From contig JAUYJN010000029.1 in assembly GCA_030700255.1 (NCBI GenBank), positions 6,589 through 70,588 of the forward strand: 64,000 nucleotides of DNA, in the 5' to 3' direction. The notes beneath the pieces are model-generated. The model saw only the letters and a list, made by a program, of their open reading frames with translations, searched no databases and was not told the origin of the DNA. Position 1 is the stretch's first letter. Each line of letters opens with the position of its first letter. Of the stretch, positions 1 to 8,605 are shown piece after piece. The DNA comes from Candidatus Peregrinibacteria bacterium (GTDB lineage Bacteria; Patescibacteriota; Gracilibacteria; UBA1369; JABINC01). Both the position numbers and the translations under genes were made by a program.

Positions 1-120
1 TTTTGACTGGTGATTTCGGTTAGAATTTGTTATTATTTTCTCTCAAGGCAAAAGGTATAACTTCTTTCGCCAAAAAAGAATGCGAAGCATAACAATCAAC
101 TATTTTTTAATCAAAACTAC

Positions 121-1257
121 ATGAAAAATTTAACGAAACTTTCCGATAAAGGCTTACTCGCACGCTGCAAAGAGTATGGTGAACAGGCCATACGTTTTCG
201 ACGCAAGTTTATCGGACTTTTGCCTGAGGTGAAAAAACGTAAACTTTTCGAAAAGAAAAAATGCAAATCCATATACGAATTCGCAGCAAAATACGGAGGA
301 ATAAGCCGCGAACATGTCGATAGAGTTGTGAATTTGAGTGATCGTTTTGCTGAGAAACCTCTCCTGCATAGTTTGCTGGTTAACGGCGAAATAAGTTCAA
401 ATAAATTAGCGAGAATAGCTTCTATAGTGGACATGATCGATGAAACTGATTTAGTAGAAGCTGTTAAAAAACTTGCTTGTAGAACAGTTGAAACATATGT
501 TCGAGATGTGAAACGGGAATTTGGGGTAAAAGATTGGTGCATAGGTGAGAGAAATAATTGCCTTGCAGTTGGAGAAGAAAATCTTTTGAACTTTGGTGAT
601 AACATATCAACTGATATTTTCGGAATAAATTCTTCTCCTGCCAACTTAGGTGGCGAGGTAAACTTTAATTCCGATGAAAAAAGTTCAAAGATAAAAATCG
701 AAAATGGCTCTCTTGAGCCGCTAAACGACCCTAAATCTGTGCACGTGCACAGGCCTTGCGTAGAGGATAATACGGCAATAAGTCAAATCGAGATAGGATC
801 TAAGGTGGGTGAGTATCATGAAAAAGAGGCATTGCCTCTCAAAAAACTCCAATTAAAACTTTCGCAGGAAACGCTTGAAAATCTGCTTGAGTTGCAGGAG
901 AGAGGCGTAAGCGTCGATAAACTATTTAGAGAATTTTTACAAAAACGCGAAGAGAATCTAACTGAAAACAAAGTAAAAGTTGCAGCAAAGGAGGTGGCAA
1001 AAGAGGAGAAACGAAGGGTTGAGGGCAAGAAGGCTAATCGACGATTGTCTGTAGGTGTGAAAAAAGTGTTAAAAGATGAATTTGGAGATCGGTGTTCGGT
1101 CAGCGGTTGCCTGAGGGAGTCAGTGCATATTCATCACAAAGTGCCGTTTTCGATCTCTGGAAGCAACGATCCTCGTTTGCTCGCTCCACTGTGTCGAGAG
1201 CACCATGATATAGTGCATTCAATTAACGTGAAATATTTGGAGAAGAAAATGCGTTAA
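121..1257 (+). CDS. HNH endonuclease-domain protein with DUF222-like helical N-terminus (paralog of 30069..30965)
   Basis: C-terminal HNH signature GDRCSVSGC...HIHHKVPFSISGSNDP...LCREHHDIVHS; N- and C-terminal blocks closely match the second copy in the window. Confidence 0.8.
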   Translation: MKNLTKLSDKGLLARCKEYGEQAIRFRRKFIGLLPEVKKRKLFEKKKCKSIYEFAAKYGGISREHVDRVVNLSDRFAEKPLLHSLLVNGEISSNKLARIASIVDMIDETDLVEAVKKLACRTVETYVRDVKREFGVKDWCIGERNNCLAVGEENLLNFGDNISTDIFGINSSPANLGGEVNFNSDEKSSKIKIENGSLEPLNDPKSVHVHRPCVEDNTAISQIEIGSKVGEYHEKEALPLKKLQLKLSQETLENLLELQERGVSVDKLFREFLQKREENLTENKVKVAAKEVAKEEKRRVEGKKANRRLSVGVKKVLKDEFGDRCSVSGCLRESVHIHHKVPFSISGSNDPRLLAPLCREHHDIVHSINVKYLEKKMR

Positions 1258-1345
1258 AATACCTAAATGTAAAACTGAAATTATAAAAAAAGAAGACATG
1301 TTGTAGGTGTAGTGAAAATATTGAATATGATTTTCAAAAAAAACA

Positions 1346-1374
1346 TTGTCAAATAGGTTAAAGTACATTAAAAT
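1346..1374 (+). promoter_or_regulatory. candidate sigma70-type promoter for rpmA
   Basis: TTGTCA (1346-1351), 17-nt spacer, TAAAAT (1369-1374), about 55 nt upstream of the rpmA ATG. Confidence 0.45.
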
Positions 1375-1430
1375 CCTCCCGCCTTAGTAAAAAAGGTGCG
1401 CTTGAAGAGCGCGTTAATTAATACAAAATT

Positions 1431-1712
1431 ATGGCACATAAGAAGGCCGCAGGGTCAACCAAGAACGGTCGCGATTCCCGCGCGAAACGCCTAGGTGTTA
1501 AAGTCGGTGGAGGAGAAACTATCCGTGCAGGAGGTATAATCATTCGTCAAAGGGGAACTAAAGTTTTCCCTGGAGAAAATGTAGGTATGGGTAATGATTA
1601 CACACTTTTCGCAAAAATAGATGGAGTTGTGAAATTCACAGAGAAACGTATGGAGAAATTTGATGGGAATAGTTACAGAAGTAAGATTGCAAACGTAGAG
1701 CTGAAGGCTTAA
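1431..1712 (+). CDS. rpmA: 50S ribosomal protein L27
   Basis: [24 protein letters not shown]...[26 protein letters not shown] is the canonical L27 sequence. Confidence 0.97.
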   Translation: MAHKKAAGSTKNGRDSRAKRLGVKVGGGETIRAGGIIIRQRGTKVFPGENVGMGNDYTLFAKIDGVVKFTEKRMEKFDGNSYRSKIANVELKA

Positions 1713-1737
1713 TTATACATCGTATTGTTTTTTCAAG

Positions 1738-1762
1738 AATGTCGTCTTTCTGAGGCGACATT
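1738..1762 (+). terminator. weak hairpin after rpmA
   Basis: aatgtcg / cgacatt 7-bp stem with 11-nt loop, followed by a ttctgtt tract. Confidence 0.3.
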
Positions 1763-1807
1763 TTCTGTTATAATTTGAATTGTGAATTATTTCTTCAAGT
1801 AAATTAA

Positions 1808-2617
1808 ATGTCAGATTTAGAATCATTTGGTGGACTCGATGGTGGCGAGGGGTTGGACCCGGCCGCGCTGGAGCGTTTTAACGAGCAGATGCGAGAAAAC
1901 GCGGCCCACATAGCCGCATTACAAAAGGCGCAAGCAGCTCAAATGCAGCAAGAAGACAAACTTGTGAAGATTATTTTAAAATTCATACAGACCAGTCAAA
2001 AGACTGAGCTTGTGGTATTGGTTACACAATTACTTGAGCAGAACGTCCCTGCCGGATTTATTTTGAGTTTGATAGTTCTGGGAAATGAAGATATTCAAGA
2101 AGCCGCTGGAATCAAGCTGTCTCTCCCAGAGGAGGATATGCTCCGGTTGCAGGCCTCTGAAAATGCCAAACATGGCCAATCTCAAAACGCTGACAGTGCG
2201 GAGTCATCAAATCAACTTATAATATTCGACTCAGATGTTTCAGTGCTTCCGCTCAAAGTCAGGATTGGTATAGATCTTTGGTCAAAAAACATCCTCGCTG
2301 CAGGCCTCGGTAATCCAAACAAGGTGCTCGACAGTGTTTATATGCCAGGTATGCGCATGAAAGCCGCTGCTACATTATCTAATAACATATCAAATGATGA
2401 ATCCATTTCAGATGATACGTTGATCAAACAAGTTGTAGTAAGCACTGCATTGTTCGTGGTAAAGGAATTTATGTATACAAACAAAGTAGAGGGGCAAAGC
2501 GCTCGTATATATCATTTCTGCTTTTTCCTTCTCAAAGGAATTCTCCGCAAAATCGAAGAATCCATCCAAGTGACAGAGCTCCGCGCAGCGGAGAAAGATA
2601 GGAAATATGAGGAGTAG
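1808..2617 (+). CDS. hypothetical protein (acidic, Gln-rich N-terminus)
   Basis: 269-aa ORF with protein-like composition; no family recognised. Confidence 0.5.
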   Translation: MSDLESFGGLDGGEGLDPAALERFNEQMRENAAHIAALQKAQAAQMQQEDKLVKIILKFIQTSQKTELVVLVTQLLEQNVPAGFILSLIVLGNEDIQEAAGIKLSLPEEDMLRLQASENAKHGQSQNADSAESSNQLIIFDSDVSVLPLKVRIGIDLWSKNILAAGLGNPNKVLDSVYMPGMRMKAAATLSNNISNDESISDDTLIKQVVVSTALFVVKEFMYTNKVEGQSARIYHFCFFLLKGILRKIEESIQVTELRAAEKDRKYEE

Positions 2618-2749
2618 GGAGGGGCTTAAAAGGACGATATGGAGCCTCCGTTTAATTACCAATATTACATTGTATGACATTGTAATACTGTGGAAAAATG
2701 AATACATCACCAATGTACTATAAATTTGCAGGTAATGAAGCTTTATTTA

Positions 2750-2778
2750 TTGACATAGAATACTAAAAATAATATACT
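2750..2778 (+). promoter_or_regulatory. near-consensus promoter for the AbiE-like operon
   Basis: TTGACA (2750-2755), 17-nt spacer, TATACT (2773-2778), about 37 nt upstream of the ATG at 2815. Confidence 0.55.
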
Positions 2779-2814
2779 ATTTCTGTAAATGTACATTTTA
2801 GTCTATTATTGGAA

Positions 2815-3672
2815 ATGAACTACGAATTATTTTTAAAGGCATTTAGGTCAAAATACAGTGGTATTCAAGATACATTGTTACTGTTTCAGTACTTGAGGGA
2901 AGAGTTACAGTTTTTAATTTTACAGATTCTTTATACCAAAACGACATACCCTGTTTATTTTATGGGTGGGACTTTGCTTAGGTTGTCATATAAAATGAAT
3001 CGTTTTTCTGAAGATATCGATCTCTCATTAGACAAACCTGATAAAGGTTTTAAGTCTGAACAATTTTACGAAGATCTAGTCTCTGCATTCTCGAAAAAAG
3101 TAACTGGATTTAGTATGAACGGTAAATTAAATGTGAATGGAAATGTGGTGAAAATTATGCTCTCTTTCGGTAATATTTTATTTGATCTTGGTATTTCACC
3201 TCTACAATCACAAACGATTAAAATCAAAATCGAGCTTGATACGAATCCACCTGCATATGCAACATATGAAAGAAGGAGCTATGCTGGCTTAATGGGCGAT
3301 TACATGGTTGGTACTTATGATATCTCAACTACATTTGCAGGTAAATTGTCAGCGATTTTATTAAGAGGATATCAGAAAGGTCGTGATTATTATGATCTTC
3401 GATGGTATTTGGAGCGTCATCCAAAGATTGATTTAAATCTGAATTATTTGAATTCAAATTGTGGGCAACAAGGAATCGTACCATTTTTGAATAAACAAGA
3501 GGTATATGATGCCGTAAGTAAGCGGGTCAAGAGCCTTGACATTGAGCTGATGCGCAAAGACCTCGAGAGATTTATTATTATGGACAGTGATTCATTTAAG
3601 GAGTGGCTTATGCGATATATTCCAGACACTCTAAACATTTTAGAAATTTACAAATCATCAGATGAAAGCTGA
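2815..3672 (+). CDS. nucleotidyltransferase AbiEii/AbiGii-family toxin (type IV TA / abortive infection)
   Basis: FMGGTLLRLSYKMNRFSEDIDLSL matches the GGTxL...S.DiD nucleotidyltransferase core of DUF1814/AbiEii; I place the start at ATG 2815 rather than the track's TTG at 2809. Confidence 0.8.
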   Translation: MNYELFLKAFRSKYSGIQDTLLLFQYLREELQFLILQILYTKTTYPVYFMGGTLLRLSYKMNRFSEDIDLSLDKPDKGFKSEQFYEDLVSAFSKKVTGFSMNGKLNVNGNVVKIMLSFGNILFDLGISPLQSQTIKIKIELDTNPPAYATYERRSYAGLMGDYMVGTYDISTTFAGKLSAILLRGYQKGRDYYDLRWYLERHPKIDLNLNYLNSNCGQQGIVPFLNKQEVYDAVSKRVKSLDIELMRKDLERFIIMDSDSFKEWLMRYIPDTLNILEIYKSSDES

Positions 3673-4279
3673 AGAACTCAATACATTTTATAATAAAATA
3701 TTCGGTATTAAAGAGTTGCAGAATTACTTCACTGAGTCTGCGGCATCTATTAGGACTCAGGTATCACGTCTGCAAAAAAGTAAGAAGTTAATCCGTTTAA
3801 AAAGAGATTGTTATACATTTCCTGAGTTTCACCCAAATACTTTGGTAATTGGTAATAAAATGGTTTCGCCCTCGTATCATAGTCTTGAGTCTGTCTTGTC
3901 CATGAATGGAATTATCCCTGAAAGTGTAACAGCTCATACATTGGTGACTTCAAAAAAAACACAAGAATACAAAAATGATTTTGGTACTTTTAGTTATCGG
4001 CATCTGCCGCCAAGATTGTTTTTCGGCGTTGAACAAGGGAGTAGTGGAGAATGGGTTGCGGAAAAAGAGAAAGCTTTATTGGATTATCTTTACCTTAATT
4101 CAAGCAAATTCAAGCCTGAAAATACATGTTGGCAGGCCGAACGATTTGATGAATTGGACACTCTGGATTTTGAACTTATGGAGAGCTGGGCGAAGAAATA
4201 TGGTATGCGAAAACTCGAAAATCTTGTGGAAAGCTTGCGTACATACCTCAATTCCGATGAGTATCAAGCTCATCGTTAA
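3662..4279 (+). CDS. AbiEi-like antitoxin / wHTH transcriptional regulator
   Basis: N-terminal ...SIRTQVSRLQKSKKLIRLKRDCYTF resembles the AbiEi wHTH (G-l-x-rl-xrG-Y); overlaps the AbiEii stop by 11 nt. Confidence 0.55.
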   Translation: MKAEELNTFYNKIFGIKELQNYFTESAASIRTQVSRLQKSKKLIRLKRDCYTFPEFHPNTLVIGNKMVSPSYHSLESVLSMNGIIPESVTAHTLVTSKKTQEYKNDFGTFSYRHLPPRLFFGVEQGSSGEWVAEKEKALLDYLYLNSSKFKPENTCWQAERFDELDTLDFELMESWAKKYGMRKLENLVESLRTYLNSDEYQAHR

Positions 4280-4373
4280 TATCCAAATCGAACAAAGGCA
4301 GCTGAATGATAAAGTTGCACCGAAGTTTTTTTTTGCTAAAATACTTTTGATTTAAATTTTAAAAAATTTCAAA

Positions 4374-4649
4374 ATGGCATACGTAATTGTAGATGGGAAG
4401 AAGGTAGATATAAAGAAAGGTCAGAATTTTATGGATATAGAGGAGGAAGCTGGAATTCCTTTTGCTTGTAGAGCTGGGGTTTGCCAAACCTGTGCGGTTA
4501 CAGTAAAAAAAGGCGAAGAATTTTTACCTGCTTTGAATGACAACGAGGAAATGATGGGCGCTGAGGGAAATCACAGGCTTGGTTGCCAATTAAGCTGCGA
4601 AAGCGACGACCCAAATGCGCAGATCGAGGTTGAGATAGGGTGGATTTAA
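4374..4649 (+). CDS. 2Fe-2S ferredoxin (plant-type fold)
   Basis: CRAGVCQTC (C-x4-C-x2-C) plus a distal Cys in LGCQLSC; 91 aa. Confidence 0.8.
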   Translation: MAYVIVDGKKVDIKKGQNFMDIEEEAGIPFACRAGVCQTCAVTVKKGEEFLPALNDNEEMMGAEGNHRLGCQLSCESDDPNAQIEVEIGWI

Positions 4650-4654
4650 TTCAT

Positions 4655-5719
4655 TTATGAACCGTTCGACCACCTGCCCCCTCTGCCCAATCCTATTTGT
4701 TTCGCAACTTTCAACTCACGCAGACGTAGCAGTACCTTTTTGACGGTATTTCTGTTGATGCGCGTTTTTTCAACGATTTCTTTCACTGAAACGGGATGCG
4801 AGCTTGATTTAAGTAATTCAAATACAATTGTCTGATTGCCGGAAAGTTCGTTTTCAATATCTTTTCTCTGAAGGACAGCTTTTGCCCTTACGGTTTGTTC
4901 GATTAACGTATCAAGAAAGAATCCAATCCAAGGTTCTATATTATGCTCTCTATTTTCACGTTTTTTTTGACTTTCTCGGAGTGAGATGTAGTAGGCGATT
5001 TTTCTTTCCTCAATTATTTTTTCCAATGATATGTATTGGATATATGAATACCCGTTTTGGAGAAGTAACAGGTTTGTCAGCGCCCTTGAAAGCCTACCGT
5101 TTCCGTCTTGAAAAGGATGAATTGCCAAAAACTCGCATACGAAATTTCCTATTATAATCAGAGGATGGAATTCTCCGCTTTTGAGATTTTGAATAGTAAA
5201 ATCGGTCAGTTCGCTCATCTCCTTTGGAATGAGGTATGGAGGAGTTGGATTAAAAATTACAGTCTCATTGCCCATAGAATCTCGCGCGATGACCGCATTT
5301 GAACCGACTTTGTACTTCCCTCTATGATGGGAATCTTTTTCGGAATACTTGAGCAATATCTTATGAAGATGTTTTATCTCATTTTCGTTCCATTTGATCG
5401 CAGAATGATGGTCAAAAATCAACTTTGTCAGTTCGGCGTAACCGGCCACTTCGCATTGACTTCTGTCGTGTAATTTTTGAATTTTTAGACCGGATAACAA
5501 CTTTTTTACATCGGTATCCGAAAGATCAGCGCCCTCTATGCGAGTTGACGCTCCACTCGATGTGATAAGAGTGGATTTTTTCAAGCGATGTAAAATTTGA
5601 GGGCTTATATTCAGATGACCTTTCCAAAAGCCTTTAAATTCATCAAGACAGCGAATTTTCAATTGGAACTCGCTCATTCGTTTTTTTGAGAATAGTAATT
5701 TTTTGCACAAATTGTCCAT
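4655..5719 (-). CDS. Fic/DOC family protein with C-terminal wHTH
   Basis: Fic motif HPFQDGNGRLSRAL; N-terminal STRIEG fits the [ST]xxxE[GN] autoinhibitory motif. Confidence 0.9.
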   Translation of the reverse strand: MDNLCKKLLFSKKRMSEFQLKIRCLDEFKGFWKGHLNISPQILHRLKKSTLITSSGASTRIEGADLSDTDVKKLLSGLKIQKLHDRSQCEVAGYAELTKLIFDHHSAIKWNENEIKHLHKILLKYSEKDSHHRGKYKVGSNAVIARDSMGNETVIFNPTPPYLIPKEMSELTDFTIQNLKSGEFHPLIIIGNFVCEFLAIHPFQDGNGRLSRALTNLLLLQNGYSYIQYISLEKIIEERKIAYYISLRESQKKRENREHNIEPWIGFFLDTLIEQTVRAKAVLQRKDIENELSGNQTIVFELLKSSSHPVSVKEIVEKTRINRNTVKKVLLRLRELKVAKQIGLGRGGRWSNGS

Positions 5720-5878
5720 TGGAACGGATAATCTCTAACTTTATCCAATTATATCCAATAACTTATTTCAAGGCAAGTGAAACATGTCCAACGATGATGC
5801 AAGCGGGCAAAAGGCATTGGTTAAGTCATATATAAGTAATATACTATGTATGATTTGTTCATATATAATATATTTTTT

Positions 5879-6127
5879 ATGGAAAACACAAGTTTGATAG
5901 AAAATGCAAAAGTTAAAAACGTCCGGCCCATATCGGAATTACAAGAAAATCTTGATTTGATACGGCGTATTAAAGAAGGGAAAGAAGAGTTGTTTTCAGG
6001 TGATTTGTACGAGTTAGCTGAGTTGCAGGAACTTACAAACATGGCCTCTACGAACAGAGATGAAGATGTTTTAATTGCCGAGGAGGGTATGGAGGACTAT
6101 TTAAACTTGGTTGACAATGCCGCTTAA
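5879..6127 (+). CDS. small acidic hypothetical protein
   Basis: 82-aa ORF from ATG 5879; its 3' end overlaps the convergent metallopeptidase gene by 27 nt. Confidence 0.35.
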   Translation: MENTSLIENAKVKNVRPISELQENLDLIRRIKEGKEELFSGDLYELAELQELTNMASTNRDEDVLIAEEGMEDYLNLVDNAA

Positions 6128-6736
6128 TACGTAACTTTCGATAAACTCGTATTTCGCCTTGAGGACTTTGGATTTGGCTGTTTTTTGTAGGAATAATTTT
6201 CGGTTCGTAAAATACATCGCGAAACTTTCCGCGAAATCTTCGTGCTCGTTAGTGGTTGAATACTCTGTGAGGTAGTTTGGGGCTCCGCCCATACCATATT
6301 TCGGCACGCTTTTTGCAAAGGGATTGTTCTCGGAAATCAGAAAATAATGCACATGTCCGAGTTCATGGAAAAACGTGCGGGTAAATCGTGGCTGTGTCAG
6401 CTCGCAATTGAGCTTGATAGCATTTGCCGAAGCGACTCCATGCAGATTTGGATTTGACGTAAGCTCTATCGAAAGATTATCGGGCAAAAGTTTAGGATTT
6501 GTATTCATCAAGCTGATGGCCAGCTTGTTTTTGCATTCGCTGTCGGCGGAAACGGCATAAATCTTGAGTTCGCCCGCGGTTTGCAGGTGTACGTTTGGGA
6601 TTTCTCTTGAAACTGTTTGACTTTGCTCTTGGGCACCGGCTACCTGAGTCAGGGCAAAGCTTTTTTGCGACAAAGTGTCTTTTAACATTGTTATCACAAC
6701 CAATGCCGATAGGATGCCAAGTGTTTTTTTGAACAT
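6101..6736 (-). CDS. secreted zinc metallopeptidase, M34-like (anthrax lethal factor / Pro-Pro endopeptidase type)
   Basis: Signal-peptide-like N-terminus; HELGH zinc motif followed about 40 aa later by EDFAESF, which resembles the EFFAEAF third-ligand helix of M34. Confidence 0.6.
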   Translation of the reverse strand: MFKKTLGILSALVVITMLKDTLSQKSFALTQVAGAQEQSQTVSREIPNVHLQTAGELKIYAVSADSECKNKLAISLMNTNPKLLPDNLSIELTSNPNLHGVASANAIKLNCELTQPRFTRTFFHELGHVHYFLISENNPFAKSVPKYGMGGAPNYLTEYSTTNEHEDFAESFAMYFTNRKLFLQKTAKSKVLKAKYEFIESYVLSGIVNQV

Positions 6737-6907
6737 AGATTCAAACGTAACGATTTAAGCCTGTATTCAAGCGTATTATTGACGAAATGTCAAATCCCAT
6801 ACTTTGCAAAAGCCACCTCAAAGCCTAAACTTTTCCTAAAAAAACTCTAAAAAGTTTGACTTGGGTTTGCGATAGTACTAAGGTCTATCCTTGTTAATCA
6901 AATAGCC

Positions 6908-7696
6908 ATGAAAACTTTACGAATGATTCCGGCACTGACGGCATCGGCAGGGCTGGCGCTGGCAAGCTGGCAATGCTCTGACACTCCATTACCAAAAAAG
7001 GTTGAAGACGGGATTGAGGATGTGCGGGGAGGGGTTGGGGAAGTCGTGGAACCTAGTACTACCCTACAAGCCGAAGGGAATGGAGTCATTCCGGGTGGAT
7101 TGGAATTAGAGCATCACATCTCTGCATCGGCATTACTAAAAGACAGTCCGGAAGTTGAGATGGCTTACTCGCGAATCGATGATCAGTTGATCGGAACGTC
7201 TCTTTATTTTGATAGAGACAGAGATAAAAGGAAGATGGTTCAAGGTTCCATGTTTGAATTGGAAAAGGCGTACGATAACGATAGATTTGTTTATAAAAAG
7301 GATCCTACCTGGCAGATGCTTGATTTATTGGAAAGGACTGGGAGTTGGGGGACGGATTTCGGCGATAATGACCCGATAGTTGGACAACATTTCGGGAACG
7401 AGCATATAAAGCGACTTTTTGATGAGTATATTATGAAACGCGTGAACGAGAGATTTTTCAATATGTTGGATAAAGATTACAAAATAACTTATTTTGATGC
7501 CAAATGGCTCGTTACGATAGCGAAACTGTGGAATGAAAACTCATCTCCGAATGGAAAGGAGCTGGAGCTCTATGCCCTCCTTGAAAAACTTGAAAAAGAA
7601 ACAGGATGGAAAGATGAGGATCCTAGGATAGATATTTTTTTGCGAGATAAGAAGTCAGATATCGAAAATTTCAAAGAGAAAGTTCGTTCTTTATAG
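6908..7696 (+). CDS. secreted hypothetical protein
   Basis: N-terminal MKTLRMIPALTASAGLALASWQC signal-like sequence; no family recognised. Confidence 0.55.
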   Translation: MKTLRMIPALTASAGLALASWQCSDTPLPKKVEDGIEDVRGGVGEVVEPSTTLQAEGNGVIPGGLELEHHISASALLKDSPEVEMAYSRIDDQLIGTSLYFDRDRDKRKMVQGSMFELEKAYDNDRFVYKKDPTWQMLDLLERTGSWGTDFGDNDPIVGQHFGNEHIKRLFDEYIMKRVNERFFNMLDKDYKITYFDAKWLVTIAKLWNENSSPNGKELELYALLEKLEKETGWKDEDPRIDIFLRDKKSDIENFKEKVRSL

Positions 7697-7778
7697 CAAT
7701 AAAACTGAGAGGAGCTTCGGCAAAAGTCCAATTTGCTTTTGCGCTTCTACTACGGTTTACCATTGTAACCAAATCATT

Positions 7779-8216
7779 ATGAAAATACCGAGTTTAAGTG
7801 CACTGGCATTATCGATGTCATTGGCCCTACCAGCTTGCGCTAAAAAAGAGCCCGAACGGGAAGTACCTGAAGAAGTTGTCACCGAGATATCGGAAACAAG
7901 GGAAAGATTGGCTGTTGTCGACGATGGTAAATACACAGCAGCTCTTCAAAAGCTTAAAGCCGCAGATATATTTGTCTATGATGAATTTGTCGTTGCTCTT
8001 ACGCAAGAGAAAGGTAGAAATGATCAATATATTGAAGCCCTTCTGAAATTAAATCGAGCGGATATTTTTATTGATGTGGATTTTGTAAATGCGCTTACCC
8101 TAGAGAAAGGTACGAGTCCCCAATATATAGATAAACTTTTACAATTACATAGAAGCGATATATTTATAAACGCAGAGTTTGTAGCCGCTTACAGTATGGA
8201 AAAAAGTGAGGGTTAA
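7779..8216 (+). CDS. lipoprotein with three 32-aa tandem repeats
   Basis: Lipobox LALPAC; repeats Y-x-x-x-L-x-L-x-x-x-DIF-x-x-x-x-FV-x-A-x-x-x-EKG. Confidence 0.65.
   Translation: MKIPSLSALALSMSLALPACAKKEPEREVPEEVVTEISETRERLAVVDDGKYTAALQKLKAADIFVYDEFVVALTQEKGRNDQYIEALLKLNRADIFIDVDFVNALTLEKGTSPQYIDKLLQLHRSDIFINAEFVAAYSMEKSEG
7932..8213 (+). repeat. 3 x ~96-nt in-frame coding repeat (32-aa units)
   Basis: YTAALQKLKAADIFVYDEFVVALTQEKGRNDQ / YIEALLKLNRADIFIDVDFVNALTLEKGTSPQ / YIDKLLQLHRSDIFINAEFVAAYSMEKSEG. Confidence 0.7.
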
Positions 8217-8605
8217 TCTTTAGAAACAATGCGAAATCGTATGTCACGAATAGAACAATAATAATTTCATTATGGATAGAGCTGATAAGCAGATACCATC
8301 AAATTTCCCAAGAACTTGATACGAGAGAACAAATTAAACCCGGTGCGGAGCTTTATGGACGCGTACATTCTTTTATGCTGCGTTGGAATAATGTATATGG
8401 AAGTGATGCTCATCTTCATATCGATACTGTCGAGCAGGCTCGCGATGTCATAAATCTTTTCGCGGGCAAAACGCCGGAAAGGCGTCCGCATGACGAGATA
8501 GAAGATGAAAGAGAGAGGATTTTATGAATCCCAAGGTCGCTGATATTCATAAGGCTACTTGCGCCATAGAGTACGAAATCTAATCCCCAGAGATTTGCGC
8601 AGTAT

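Noticed and set aside
117-644. A 175-aa minus-strand ORF overlapping the first HNH gene. Similar antisense ORFs occur at 32388..32846, 36841..37296, 53320..53730 and 60229..60624.
   Set aside because: All lie entirely antisense to genes with clear family motifs. They have Ser/Leu/Phe-rich, low-information composition typical of shadow ORFs in AT-rich DNA.
1808-1900. A possible third copy of the N-terminal motif in the 269-aa protein (GLDPAALERFNEQMRENAAHIA)
   Set aside because: Only DP..LE.F is shared, the spacing differs by one residue, and the position is earlier (residue 17). This is too weak to claim without a profile search.
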